Assembly (NCBI RefSeq): GCF_001194135.2
Contig: NC_068997.1
Coordinates: 10,987,021-11,051,020 of the forward strand
From: Octopus bimaculoides
Lineage: Eukaryota
DNA: 64,000 nucleotides
Direction of reading: 5' to 3'
Positions 25,434 through 38,289 of this stretch are shown here, in pieces; position 1 is the first letter of the stretch, and each line of letters opens with the position of its first letter. The notes beneath the pieces are model-generated. The model was not told where the DNA came from. It saw nothing but the letters and a program-made list of their open reading frames with translations, and did not search any database. The position numbers and the translations under genes were made by a program.

Positions 25434-25469
25434 CATTCTCGCTATCTTTCCGGAAAGATAGCGAGAATG
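25434..25469. repeat. Perfect 36-bp palindrome with no spacer
   Basis: cattctcgctatctttcc|ggaaagatagcgagaatg. Confidence 0.97.
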
Positions 25470-26024
25470 GCATAGAATGAAAAGAGTAATTTTGAATGTA
25501 TTCATGATTTTTATAAACGAGAATTATTAGTAAGCTGGGCCCTTAGAAGTAAAGGCAAGTTAAAAAGAAGAGATAGCCTAGGCGAAATATATCATGTAAG
25601 TAATAAAAGGAATTGGCACAAAATCGAATAATTAAGCAGAGAGTTTAAATGCAGAAGTTGCCAAGATTAGAAACATCTGAAGAAAAAAGCATCCATGATA
25701 AGCAAATTTCCAATTGCCACTCAAATCAGAAATGCCTATTTGTTATTCGCGTAGGAAATAAGTGTCAGGTCAAGGACAGACTAAATACCCCGGAGAGCAA
25801 GCAGACAATTTTAAATGTCGGGAGAAACTGCGTTGCAGTATTCTTTCAGACTGATTACATTCGCAGTTCAAATTCTGTTTCATGCTTACAAGGTCGATAA
25901 AATAAGTACAAGTCAAACTCTGGGTTAATATAATCGACTTGCACCTTATGTGAAAATTACTGGACTTCGGCTAAAAATTAGAAAGAATTATACATTCGAC
26001 TAGGTTGCAGCATCGGTGACTTGT

Positions 26025-26210
26025 CAGATAAAACACTTAGTTGCACATTCCCCTTTCTTTAGCCTATGAGTTCAAATTCCCGGAAGACAAGTACGATTTT
26101 CATAATTTCGGGTTCGAGAAAGTAAGTACCAGTTTGGTGCTGTAGTCGCTGTAATCGATTTCCCCCGTTACCTCAAATTTCTGTTCTTGCGTCTATAGCA
26201 GAAAGAGATA
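26025..26210 (+). mobile_element. Diverged SINE family C copy
   Basis: gagttcaaattccc B box, aagtaccag and tgtaatcgat body motifs, tail gtctatagcagaaaga. Confidence 0.6.
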
Positions 26211-26231
26211 GTCCTAAAGATCACGATATAC

Positions 26232-26438
26232 GTTTCTACGCTAGACACAAAGCTCGAAATTTTAGGGAAGGGGGGCAGTCGATTATATCGACCCCAGTAC
26301 GTAACTGGTACTTAATTTATGGACCCCGAAAGGATGAAAGGCAAAGTTGACCTCGGCGGAATTTGAACTCAGAACGTAACGGCAGACAAAATACCGCTAA
26401 ACATTTCGCACGGCTTGCTAACGTTTCTGCCAGCTCGG
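26232..26438 (-). mobile_element. SINE family C copy (tRNA-derived)
   Basis: RC: gagctggcagaaacgttagcaagcc...gttctgagttcaaattccgccgaggtcaactttgcctttcatcctttcgggg...; collinear with 32440-32607, 37094-37270, 48485-48660 and 56625-56812. Confidence 0.9.
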
Positions 26439-26500
26439 TGTAATCGACTGGCTGCCTGCCCCAAGATATCGCATCTTGTGCCTAGAGTAGAAAAGAGTAT
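26439..26500 (+). mobile_element. SINE family C 3' fragment
   Basis: tgtaatcgactggc...cttgtgcctagagtagaaaaga. Confidence 0.75.
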
Positions 26501-28657
26501 TGAGTTGGGAAGTGAATGAACGATTCGAATATTTAGCGAGGTTTCCAAATCCGTTGTTAACATTCTAATCGATCGGCAGCAATTTTAATGTCCTGAAATG
26601 TATCTTTCTGTATTCCTTTTTTAAAGATAATACACATTTTCTTTTCCACTGCCGAAGATTCAAATAACATTTTCTTGTTTGCTTCTGTTTGGAAAATATT
26701 TATATTATTGCTTATGAAACTGCTATATTGAAAGAAATGTATTCTGCAATGTATCATGTGCCAAGTAAAGTTATAGAATATGGACCCATATACACTTCAA
26801 GGCTAACTTAAATAACTGCCATCCAACACTTTCTATCGGTATTCCACTGATGTGATAGATTTATTTCTGCTATTCTTCACACCGCATCGACCCTCTAAAG
26901 TATGCACTTATATGATGCACAAATATTGTATCACGTTATACATGAAACTGCACAATGATATCGCACAAAATCGTCATTATTCACTGTTCCAATCAACACA
27001 AACTATTCTATATCCGTATCCAGAATCTAGTGAACCAAATCAACTCGCTATATAACATACATGCTCAAAATTATACGCGTAGATCACCTTATTTAATGCT
27101 ATTTCTTTGTTGATGATTTGCAAACAAATAATAGAAATTTTCATCTAGAGTAGAGCAGCAATCAAACGATAATGGCTTTTGCTTGGTATGAATTCAGCAT
27201 TCCACGGAAATAACTCTACAGCGAAGAATAACATACCGCACAAAGATAGAATTAACAACTAAATCCCCCAGTGAAACATATATCACTCTTAAATGCAGCA
27301 CGAATCCAATTAGGATTTGCTCTGATGCTTAGTACGCTTCTCCCTATAATTAGTTTTATTTCTCGTAAAAGACAAATTGTCTTTAGTGACTAATCTGCTA
27401 ATACGTACTAATAAACGATGTATAAATGGATTTCACTTAGTTCACTTCTCGAACTTAGTTCACATTCTCTTACAACGCTAACAGAAACAAAGAAAAACTA
27501 TTTCAATGAAATGTAGCCAGGTTGGTGAGTTTTATGTTTACAGCAACGTCGACGATAAGTCCAAATTGTATTATAAAAATTCCAAATCGTGTTAGCCTCA
27601 CACATCACGTACTATACATTTTTTTAGTCGTAATAGTGTTATTATATTTAATTGTACGTTAAGATACTTACCACTTCAAAGTTGAAAATTTTTTGTTGTT
27701 AAACAAAAATATCTGAAACAATACGCAACAAATAGCGTGTTATGCTGTCCCATGTTAACGTGTGAATTATTGTATTTTAATTCTTCTTTAGACCCTACGT
27801 TGGAGTTATGAGGGATTTGTACTTTACTTATACGTGTGAACTTAATATAACAACAGCGACAATTTGTTATGTTACTGTAATTTGCAATTACTTTTCTATT
27901 GTTTTCCTGTATTGTTTTTATTATCACATGACGAAGCAAAGCTGATGCAAACAATAGGATTTTGGCTTTTAAGCTGAAGTATTAGCGGTTCATGCTAAGT
28001 CTCTTCCACGGTGTGGACTTTTCAATAGTTACTATTATCTTTTGATTTCTTTGCCTGCAGAAATCAGAATAATGGTGAAGACCGTCACAAAATCATTAAC
28101 ATTTCCTAACACATTCTAACATACATTGCTGTCTCCTTTCACAAATATCACATTCATTCTACAATTGTTTCCGCTTAGTCACCTTTTTGTTGAATGAGAT
28201 TAGAGAAAACGTTCTTCCTAATATGTTGAAGGTCTATTTTACCCGCAAGTAGAATTGAAGTCATCAGAGTAAACAAGCACAAAACTCGTGTGCTTCATTT
28301 AGCTGGTCTTGCAACGGAGCCCATAAGGACAAATTGTCTTTATTATTACTCTCTCTTCGATTGGGTGTAGTGTATTTTTAGCATCACGTATGTAACAATA
28401 TATTGATGTCACAGTTTAAGCTTTCTAGCAGAGTTAATGCTAAATTTTCTCATGAAAGAAAATAATATCCCGAAGCAATCATGCGACTTTAATCACAATC
28501 CGATATCTATCAGCTACTTAATTAATTGATTAATGATGGAAGATATTCACACAGCACAAAGCAAAAAGAAATGGAAACATATTGAAGTTTGAAACAAATA
28601 TAATAAATGCAAACATTGATTGTTGTCATTCAAAATTATTACACTGTTCACACTCAC

Positions 28658-28950
28658 ATAGGACATGATTATTTCGAAGGAGTAGTAAAACACACCAAAA
28701 TCTTTTCATCAAAGTGAACGGAGGAAAATGAGAAACAAAGAGGCGATGCGGCGAGCTGGCATGAGCAGTTTCTGAGAGTAAACGGCGGATACAATTTACT
28801 GGTGATGCACTTTGATTAAAGAAAGAAATACATGCTGCCAGCATGAGGGATTAGGAAAGAGGAAAGAAATTGTGCAGGAGACTGACGCAGTTCTATCGGG
28901 AACGAGATATGAGTGATGAAGGTTGGCCAAGTGGTGCTAAGCGACCAATC
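28658..28950 (-). promoter_or_regulatory. Candidate promoter and first exon of a minus-strand transcript
   Basis: GC-elevated island; NF-Y-type gaCCAATcg (CCAAT at 28945-28949); Inr-like TCAGT on minus at 28885-28881; consensus donor gtgagt at 28657-28652. Confidence 0.3.
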
Positions 28951-29019
28951 GGGACATTCGGAGAGCGTCCATTGCCAGTTGCACTGACATTGCCGGAGTA
29001 TCTAAGAGCTAACGCAAAC

Positions 29020-29091
29020 ACCCACCCCAAAACACACAAACACACACACAGACTCACTCCACACACACATACATTCATATTCATACATTTC

Positions 29092-29125
<34 letters not shown>

Positions 29126-29129
29126 TTGT

Positions 29130-29178
<49 letters not shown>

Positions 29179-29195
29179 CATACATATATATAAAA
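29020..29195. repeat. (CA)/(TA)/(TG) microsatellites
   Basis: Directly visible. Confidence 0.93.
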
Positions 29196-30325
29196 TATAA
29201 ATGAGTAACAAAGATGTACAGGCGTCAATTCATTACGATTGTTTCAAGCGACTCACTTAATTGATTAACGAAAACATTACATCAATGCAAAAAAGTCGTT
29301 TACTTCGGATGACTGCACAGACTTCAAACAAAAAGGACAAACTGCTTAAGCATAACCAGATCACCAACGAAGCTTAAATATTTACATTTAATCTGCTGCT
29401 ATATATTTGACNNNNNNNNNNNNNNNNNNNNNNNNNNNNNNNNNNNNNNNNATATATGGACATGGATGAGTTTTGTACTTTGATTTTTGATATGTCTTAC
29501 AATAGAGTTAAATCATTTATGTTTGTATGCTTTTGAAAATGTAGGTCGAACTTCATGTAATTTGATAATGTAATATTTTCACTCCCATTATTAAGATGCG
29601 GAAATATAAAAATAGAATACCGCCTCCATAGAAATTTTCTACGCCTGAACATAGATTTTAGTAAATATATTGACGGAACATAACTTCATAAATGCTTCGA
29701 AATGTACCACGTGTATGTGAAAATAATTTAATTTTGTTTGTGAATGAATAATCTGTAAACCTAAAGAAGGTAATTCGATTAGAGCAAACAGTTACATACT
29801 GACACTCTTTTGATATCTGTAAATCGTAATAAAACACTAATGACAGTCTGTATAATGGTAAATCTGGAAGCTCACAGCAAAGATTAGCGCTAAAAATGTA
29901 GTTTTGAAGATGAATTATTGATGATTCACAGGTTTGTACGTAAATACACTATTATACTCAACTTGATTGAACGCTTGGAGTAATAAGTGATAAATCATAT
30001 TTTATGATCTTTATTTAGCAGACATTCAGCTAGTGCTGGTGGAAATGTAAGTGAAAACGAAATAGTCAAGTATTTATGTTGACTTTATTTTGTTTCACCT
30101 TGCACAAACAAACGCGCGCACGCGAGTGTGGAGGTGCATACGCACACACTCGCACACATATTTTGCTAACCTCATGAGAATTCTATTAAATTTCGAGACA
30201 ACGTGAAATAATTCTCTTTCGAATATTGGTCTCCAATCACAAATAAACTTATAAATAATAGTATATAAATATTGGTTAGGGAAAAAAATGTTTTCGCACG
30301 GGCAGCTTTCGTATACCAAAAGTAA

Positions 30326-30581
30326 CATTGAAAATACAGGACAGAAGGATGGGGCTAGCTGGACACTGCATCAGACACACCGATGCAATTGCTAACAGGC
30401 TAGTGTTCTGGCAACCAACGAAAGGAAGAACCAGGAGACGAAGAAGGAAGACGATCTATATCGACAACTTGGTGGAAGATACTGGCATGGAAGAAGTAAA
30501 TGAGCTGAGGACCATTATCGAAGATCGAGATGAATGGGGAAAACGTGTGGAAACCGTTTTGGAGCGTCCTGTGGGACGACC

Positions 30582-30588
<7 letters not shown>
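30326..30588 (+). pseudogene. 5'-truncated RTE-clade (RTEX-like) LINE, C-terminal ORF end
   Basis: KIQDRRMGLAGHCIRHTDAIANRLVFWQPTKGRTRRRRRKTIYIDNLVEDTG...EDRDEWGKRV matches the RTE C-terminal motif RRL..AGH..R......L.W.P..G....GR....Y.D.L..DTG...M.DR..W. Confidence 0.88.
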
Positions 30589-30642
<54 letters not shown>

Positions 30643-30643
30643 G

Positions 30644-30696
<53 letters not shown>

Positions 30697-30698
30697 AT
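30585..30698 (+). repeat. (GATA)n tail of the RTE element
   Basis: Begins at the ORF stop codon (ag TAG ataga...). Confidence 0.92.
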
Positions 30699-32199
30699 AG
30701 AAGATGGAATTGTTAGAACTATTTCGATTTCATTGAGTCCATTTCGATTTTATTCAATATATTCCCCTTACTCACATGCTTACTGCAACGGCCCTTCTGT
30801 GAAAGAACTCGAAAATTTGGCCTCCAACCAAATGTTTCGCGATACCCTTAGAGCCGGGAACTTTTTTCACACTTCGTATGCATGCATGTATGCATGTATG
30901 ATATATTGGGTAAAGTACGTTGAGTACTAATCGACAACAGTATATCGATCAGCAATCGCAGCTTATTCATTGATGTTTTCATAAAGATCATATCAAAGAG
31001 ATTGTTCTTAACAAAGGCAGGTTTCACTCTATTTCATCTCAAGCTTTTCGAGCTTCAACGTATATGTGGATAGAGGTATAAAAAGCGTATATTTCTATAA
31101 AAGTGACAAATTTGCGTAAATGTTCATCCTCTTTTCTAATTTATGCTTTGCTTTTAAACATATTATTCACCAACTTAATTGCCTTGATTCAATTCTTAAA
31201 TTCACTTAATTTTGCGGGGAGCTTCATATATTTTCCTGAATCTGAAAGCTTTCTCAGTGCTTACAAGGTGATCAAACTAGCGCCTAAATATTCTGAACAA
31301 TATCTCAATGGAATGTAAACTCAATTGTGGTTTTGAAATATATTTTTGTGATACACATGGCAAACATGATTTTTTGTAGGCTGAGCACTAAAAGTTATGT
31401 TGGGAATGGGAGCTGCTAATACATCCGCAAATATATTTATAAAAGGTTTAAGAGTGTTTTACAACGACATACAACACATGAAAATAGTTTTTCATTTTCC
31501 GGAATATATTATAAAGATCTATCCTAATATTTATTTCCATCGTTCCTTACGCAAATATTCCCTTCAGATTAATTCTAACGATGTTTTTTCTCGTTTGTGT
31601 TCTGAACAAACCTTACAGAAATATGATCATTTTACACTGGAGATATTCTTATAAGATTAAATATAGAAATATAAAATTCATTTTTCAATAAATATTCTCA
31701 AATGTGTCATCTTCTTCAAACAACACTGGATTTTATGATCCTTTCACTCCAACAAGTGAGTAAACATTGAGAATTGCATTTCGTCCTTTCTGAAGAATAT
31801 TATCCAGATATTTTCATTTATTTCTTCTTTAATATGTTTCATATATTCTAAATTCAAACTTAAGCACAATCATCCTTCATATCTTAAAGAACGTTTCAAT
31901 ATTATTTAGTCTAATATATTACAAGTATTGCTAGTGGACATTCTACATTTTCGTTTGTGTGGTGAGAATGAAACTTAGCGAAAAAATATAACATACACAT
32001 TTTTATTAAGCCGTTGTTTTTCTTAGAAACAATTTGAATCTTGAAATGTTGATAATGTAAACAATGAGGTTTATCTGTGAGTTCGTGTGAGAGTTTGTGT
32101 GAAAATACTTATACACCTATACAAAAGCACTTATATTCACACAGGTACACCCCACACGCACTCAGACGAGTGCCCCCCCCCACCACCCATACACACATA

Positions 32200-32607
32200 A
32201 TTTTTCTACTCTAGGCACAAGGCCCGACATTTTGGGGAGCAGTCGATTATATTGATCCAAGTACGCAACTGGTACTTAATTTATCGTTGAAAGCAAAGTC
32301 GACCTCGGCGGAATTTGAACTCAGAACGTAAAGAGAGACGGAATACCGCTAATCATTTTGTGCTAACGTTTCTTATTTCTTTGTTGCCCACAAGAGGCTA
32401 AACATAGAGGGGACAGATAAGGACAGACAACGTGATTAAATCGATTACATCGATCTTCAGTGCGTAACTGGTACTTAATTTATCGACCCCGAAAGGATGA
32501 AAGGCAAATTCGACCTCGGCGGAATTTGAACTAAGAACGTAACGGCAGACGAAATACCGGCAAGCATTTTGTCCGGTGTGCTAACGTTTCTGCCAACTCC
32601 CTGCCTT
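32200..32607 (-). mobile_element. Two tandem SINE family C copies (32200-32372, 32373-32607) with different 3' tails
   Basis: Repeated aactggtacttaatttatcg...gacctcggcggaatttgaact...gaacgtaa...aatacc. Confidence 0.88.
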
Positions 32608-33194
32608 GCCGTACACACATATCTATACATATATGACACCAACATTTTCTGTAATTAATCATATTTCGATGATTGTTCGAAAGACAAGCGTTTAGGGATA
32701 TAATTCATTGCTAAAGCCTGTCGTGATAAACAGATAGACATAAATTAATGCAGATTTGTTATCGTTTTTGGCAAGATGCTATGCGTTATGTAGACATCTG
32801 CAATAATTAATTTATTTTGGGTGAAAGTGGAATCATCNNNNNNNNNNNNNNNNNNNNNNNNNNNNNNNNNNNNNNNNNNNNNNNNNNNNNNNNNNNNNNN
32901 NNNNNNNNNNNNNNNNNNNNNNNNNNNNNNNNNNNNNNNNNNNNNNNNNNNNNNNNNNNNNNNNNNNNNNNNNNNNNNNNNNNNNNNNNNNNNNNNNNNN
33001 NNNNNNNNNNNNNNNNNNNNNNNNNNNNNNNNNNNNNNNNNNNNNNNNNNNNNNNNNNNNNNNNNNNNNNNNNNNNNNNNNNNNNNNNNNNNNNNNNNNN
33101 NNNNNNNNNNNNNNNNNNNNNNNNNNNNNNNNNNNNNNNNNNNNNNNNNNNNNNNNNNNNNNNNNNNNNNNNNNNNNNNNNNNNNNNNNNNNNN

Positions 33195-33358
33195 NGAGAG
33201 TGAGAGAGAGGGGAAGAGAGTGAGAGAGTAAGGGTGAGAGAGTAAGAGAGTAAGAGTGTAGAGAGTAGGAGAGTAAGAGTGTAGAGAGTAAGAGTGAGAG
33301 AGGGGGGAGTACGGGTGAGAGAGGGGGGAGTACGGGAGAGGGGGAGGGGGAGTACGAG
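33195..33358. repeat. Degenerate (GA)-rich purine tract after a gap
   Basis: Directly visible. Confidence 0.9.
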
Positions 33359-33838
33359 TCGTTACCAGATTTACGTTTGCATTTACAATAGACAAGAATA
33401 GTTTGGAGCATTTTGTCGGAATTAGCTACGAACTCCTATCAGCAAAGTTTCAAACTACTGCCATTTTGTGTAGAAGACGGCTTTTCGGAAAAGATAAAGT
33501 GATATTAAATTGAATCCGTACCTATTTAGAGTTATACTTATAAATATATTACAGGCTCTTGTAAAGATTTATCTGACGATTACCAGGTGGTACAGTTTTT
33601 GTTTTTTAATATAATGTATATCTCTACTGTAGTGTTAACTCAAAATAAAAATGTGTTTTTATAGATGAACGTATGATTTGACAAATTTATTTCTTAGCAA
33701 AAAGTATATATATATTAGAAACATTGGAGATAATATCTTTACTAAATGTGAACATAATGCGGAATGTATTGTGGTTTTTGTTCTTTGACACACCTACACG
33801 AATTTACACATATGGAGGTAATTTTCAAATGTTTAGAG

Positions 33839-34465
33839 CAGAGGTTCTCAAACATTTTGGGTCACCGACCCCTCATGGTCACATAATACTCTGAATGCCC
33901 CACCCCCAAATAACAGAAATACCTACTTATCTGGTGTCTTAAGTTGAGGAAGAGTGTATTAGCTTGTGCAAGGGACATATTTTTTTTACATACATCATTA
34001 ACGATGCAACAGGATACATCATCCAAGATTTTTCCCGTGATTATTTGAATGAAAATTATTATTATGTTTTTTTTTATGTTATATAAGTGAAAATACTATC
34101 AACGTTATTAATTATGTCATTATGTTGCTGTAAAACAACAAAGTACGGTGATTAATTGTCGAGTAAAATGTTTTCACTATAGTTTCCTACTGACTCACAG
34201 ATCAATATATTATTTCAGATTGTGTACAAAATTAATGGGTAGTTGACTATTTGGATGCTGTATTTGTTTTGCTACTGAAATACTGTCATTAATTTCAGAA
34301 ATTTGTGGGATACTCGTGGATGTGGGTTAGAATTTATCGACATTTATGATATTCTGTTTGCCATAATGATTAATTTGCACGATTTGGGATTTTAATGAAA
34401 TAGGGTTCCGCGGAACCTTCTCTCAGACCGAGGGTAAAGCATGAAAAAATCTTCGGAGAAAACTG
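33839..34465. mobile_element. Possible hAT (Charlie-like) non-autonomous element
   Basis: Left end cagaggttctcaaac...gggtcaccgacccc preceded by gtttagag (resembles the NTCTAGAN target); ggttccgcggaacc palindrome and gagaaaactg near the right end; TSD not conserved on the right. Confidence 0.45.
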
Positions 34466-35879
34466 TGTGGGATGGAACTAGCTACTATCTGGCAATTAGA
34501 GGAGGTACAAAACCGTTTTGCGTGAACCATTGCCAACAAATGAATATATGACAATAAACAAATTTAGTTTTTGACATTAGATGTATCGTAACTTTGAAGC
34601 AAATTCTGTCACTTAATATGTCGACTTCCTGAACTATTGACAGATCGAAAAATGTTTCGTAAGAATTGCTTAACGAAGCTCGTTGGTGTGGGGTTCAACA
34701 TTTAGATTAGCTTGTAGATTAGGAAAATCAAGAAAAGAGTTACTTAAGCTGTGTAGAACAGTGGAGAATATTGATGATATTCCTAGAAATGTATTTCTCC
34801 CCCCCTCCCCCTCCCCCCGAAAAAAAAACAGTGCTAACGGACTCTTCACTGGCGTACAAGAAAATCATTACAAAGAGTAGTTGAGTACATCGACCAAAGT
34901 GAAGCAACTCTCATCCATTCAAATATGAATCAAAATACAGCGTCAGCAGTGTTACGCAATTTGTATGAAACATTCAAATATAACTGAGGTTTTGCTTGCT
35001 GACGTTTAAACTTGTTACTATCGATTGTATAGTTCTTGCCTCAACCCATAGCACCGAATGTGAGCAAACTAATATGCTATTAAGTCCGGCAGATACTAGT
35101 CAGAAGTTCCGTTGATCAGCATAGGACTCATTTGCGCTAGTGTGCAAATACATCTATCTCAGCGTCGTATTATTAAAAACATACATAGTTTTTCAAATGG
35201 TTTACTGGTTACGATATGATCACATATAATAATGGAAATATCCGTGTAGAGTATAACACTGAATTAGTATGATTGGTATATCTAATACAGTAGATGTTAT
35301 TTGATGATGGGTATGCATTTTTTCTTAAACAACTTTGATACAGTGTAGGGAAACAACTACATACCTATCGCTAATTTCAGATTTACTAAGTGAATAAGGC
35401 GATACGCCTTGATAAACTATTCATCTGGTAAATAGATATATTGCTTTTAATGCTGATCAACACTTTAATATTAGATTCGATCGTCTTATTTAGAGTAAGG
35501 GAATGCGTAGGAGGATTACCGGTTCAGTGAGGCTTATTGATTTTATGTTGGGAACTTGGATATTTTTAGGTCAATGAATACGGGGAAAGTACGACGTGGA
35601 GGAAATTGTAGCGGAAAATATTTCTAAGCAGAAAGTAGTGTAGAAATTGTTTAAGATAGGTTCTTGGGGGAGGGAAGTGAAGAAATATTTCAGAAGATTG
35701 GATTTTGTAAGGGAACATACATGCAGTAATTTTATAGGAGAAACTGACGATGTAGAGTGACAAGCATATAAATATATGGATATGAGTGAGACATTGTTTA
35801 AAGCACAGATGATTAGATATTTGTTGTTAAATTAAATATCCATGAAAGTGTGGCTTAGATAAACTGTGTATAGTATCAG

Positions 35880-36290
35880 AATAAAAAGAACATGCCAGAA
35901 CTGAAGCATACTTTTGTTCTGAAGAGGAGTCTTCGTTGAGTTGCAGTAATTAAAAATCATACAAAATTGAGTGGTTTGATATTTATAAAGTTTGTGCAGC
36001 ATTTCTGTGATAATGGCCATTGTAATTTCAGCATAATCGATGGTGAGGATTGTATGCAGTAACAACAAAGGTGTGAGTGAATACCCTGCCCATAAAAAAA
36101 ATGACAGATAAGTTTTCCTTATATACCACCATAGCGTCTGGGAAATGGCAGTACAGGTTGATTAATCTAATTAGACGTAAACTGTGCGTGAAACAGTGTG
36201 TTTCTTTATGGCTATCCAGACAAAATAAATTACAGGGTAAATTTCGTAGAATTGAAATAGTTAATTTCTTGTATTTAGAAATTACATAAC
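35880..36290 (-). pseudogene. Possible heavily decayed Penelope-like element relic
   Basis: Minus-strand peptides ..LRLIRLINLY.. and ..CNSTKTPLQNK.. loosely resemble PLE RT-to-GIY-YIG linker motifs; frameshifted and weak. Confidence 0.25.
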
Positions 36291-36354
36291 ACACATTTTA
36301 ATATTATTTAACACACTTTTTAATATCAATACGCATATTTAACACACTTCGTGA

Positions 36355-36370
36355 TGACGTGATGACGTCA
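36355..36370. promoter_or_regulatory. Tandem CRE-like sites (TGACGTga, TGACGTCA)
   Basis: gtgatgacgtgatgacgtcag; full palindromic CRE at 36363-36370. Confidence 0.3.
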
Positions 36371-37093
36371 GAAAATCTGAAATGCTTCATAGAACAGATT
36401 TCCTTTTTGAAGCATATTTTCAGATCAGATACATGTCATTGCTGATACAAAAATATATAACAAGTATTTATGTATTCATTGAATAGCTGATATTCTACCA
36501 ACATCATGTACAATTTCATGTGTATATTAATCTTACGTATCTAAGTGAAGTTTTTTTTTAGTATATTTTCCTCCTTGTGAACATGAATCTCTGGTATTTT
36601 ACAGATAATCTCAAATATGTTGCAACACTTGCTAAATGTTTTCTATAAAGTAATGTTGTATTGTACAATATTGAACATCACTCTCATAGAGTTATCTCAT
36701 AAAAATCATATTACTACGGCAAATTGTTGTCTACAAACTAAAGATTACTATTCTGCATCACAATATTTTTACTTGGTATAATACAAGCGCCATATTTACT
36801 GACCATAATTATGTGAAATGCTTATGCTGAATTCCAGACATTTTGCGTTTAAAATCTTAGAAATATTTCTTCAGCGAAGTCATTGTATCGTCCAATTAAT
36901 GAAGTGTTCCCATTATATTTTAGGTACTCAAAGATGTATCTGGATAAAACACATACCTTGGCTCCAGTATTCATGTGCTTCTAGATGACTTTAACCGAAA
37001 TGTAAATATTTTTTTCCTTTTGTCTTATGTAGTTATAACAAAACTTTAAGGACAAAGTATTTATATATTTTTGCAATATCTAAAGTTGGAGTT

Positions 37094-37655
37094 AAGGTGG
37101 CGAGCTTAGAGAATCGTTAGCACGATGGGCAAAATGCTTTGCGGCATTTTGTCCGTCTTTACATTCTGAGTTCAAATTCGGACGAGGTCGACTTTGCCTT
37201 TCATCCTTTCGAGGTCATTAAAATATGTACCAGGTGGGCAATGGTGTCGATGTAATCGACTTGCCCCCTCCCAGGAACTGTATGAAACTAATGCCTTCAG
37301 TTGAAGGAAGGCGGCAGGCTAGCAGAATAGTTTCTGCACCGGGAAAAATACTTAGCGATCAACCTTAGGCTCCGCAAAGGTTCAAATCCCACTGAGTTCG
37401 ATTTTGTCTTTAATTCTTTCGTGGTTCATAAAAGAGTGCCAGCTGATCACTGGAATGGATGTGGTCGATTTGGCCACCACACCCAAATTGCTGGATTTGT
37501 GCCAAAATTTGAAACCCATATAATAACTAAATTTGTTAGAGAGGTATTACTTTGTGGTGTAGAGGTGCATGGCGTAGTGGTTAGGGTTGTTGATCTAATG
37601 ATCTTAAGATTGTGGTCTCGATGCCTGGACCGGGTGATGCGTTGTGTTCTTATAA
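37094..37655 (+). mobile_element. Cluster of three SINE copies: family C 37094-37270, diverged C-like 37308-37520, and another tRNA head 37560-37655
   Basis: Heads aaggtggcgagct..., aaggcggcaggctagcagaat..., gaggtgcatggcgtagtggttaggg... Confidence 0.8.
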
Positions 37656-37857
37656 ACATAGCCGAGATTCATATAAATGATTAATTACATACTTATATTG
37701 CGTGCCTTTGCCCATGTTTTCGCCCGCTTTACTATATTTTATGATAGATTCAGTCGGTTCTGATTGCACCTCCGAATTACGTTACGCCCATGCACACACA
37801 AGCAAATACATAGAAACATATATGTACACATACACACATATATATGTGTGTATATAA

Positions 37858-37892
<35 letters not shown>

Positions 37893-38289
37893 NNNNNNNN
37901 NNNNNNNNNNNNNNNNNNNNNNNNNNNNNNNNNNNNNNNNNNNNNNNNNNNNNNNNNNNNNNNNNNNNNNNNNNNNNNNNNNNNNNNNNNNNNNNNNNNN
38001 NNNNNNNNNNNNNNNNNNNNNNNNNNNNNNNNNNNNNNNNNNNNNNNNNNNNNNNNNNNNNNNNNNNNNNNNNNNNNNNNNNNNNNNNNNNNNNNNNNNN
38101 NNNNNNNNNNNNNNNNNNNNNNNNNNNNNNNNNNNNNNNNNNNNNNNNNNNNNNNNNNNNNNNNNNNNNNNNNNNNNNNNNNNNNNNNNNNNNNNNNNNN
38201 NNNNNNNNNNNNNNNNNNNNNNNNNNNNNNNNNNNNNNNNNNNNNNNNNNNNNNNNNNNNNNNNNNNNNNNNATATATATATATATATA

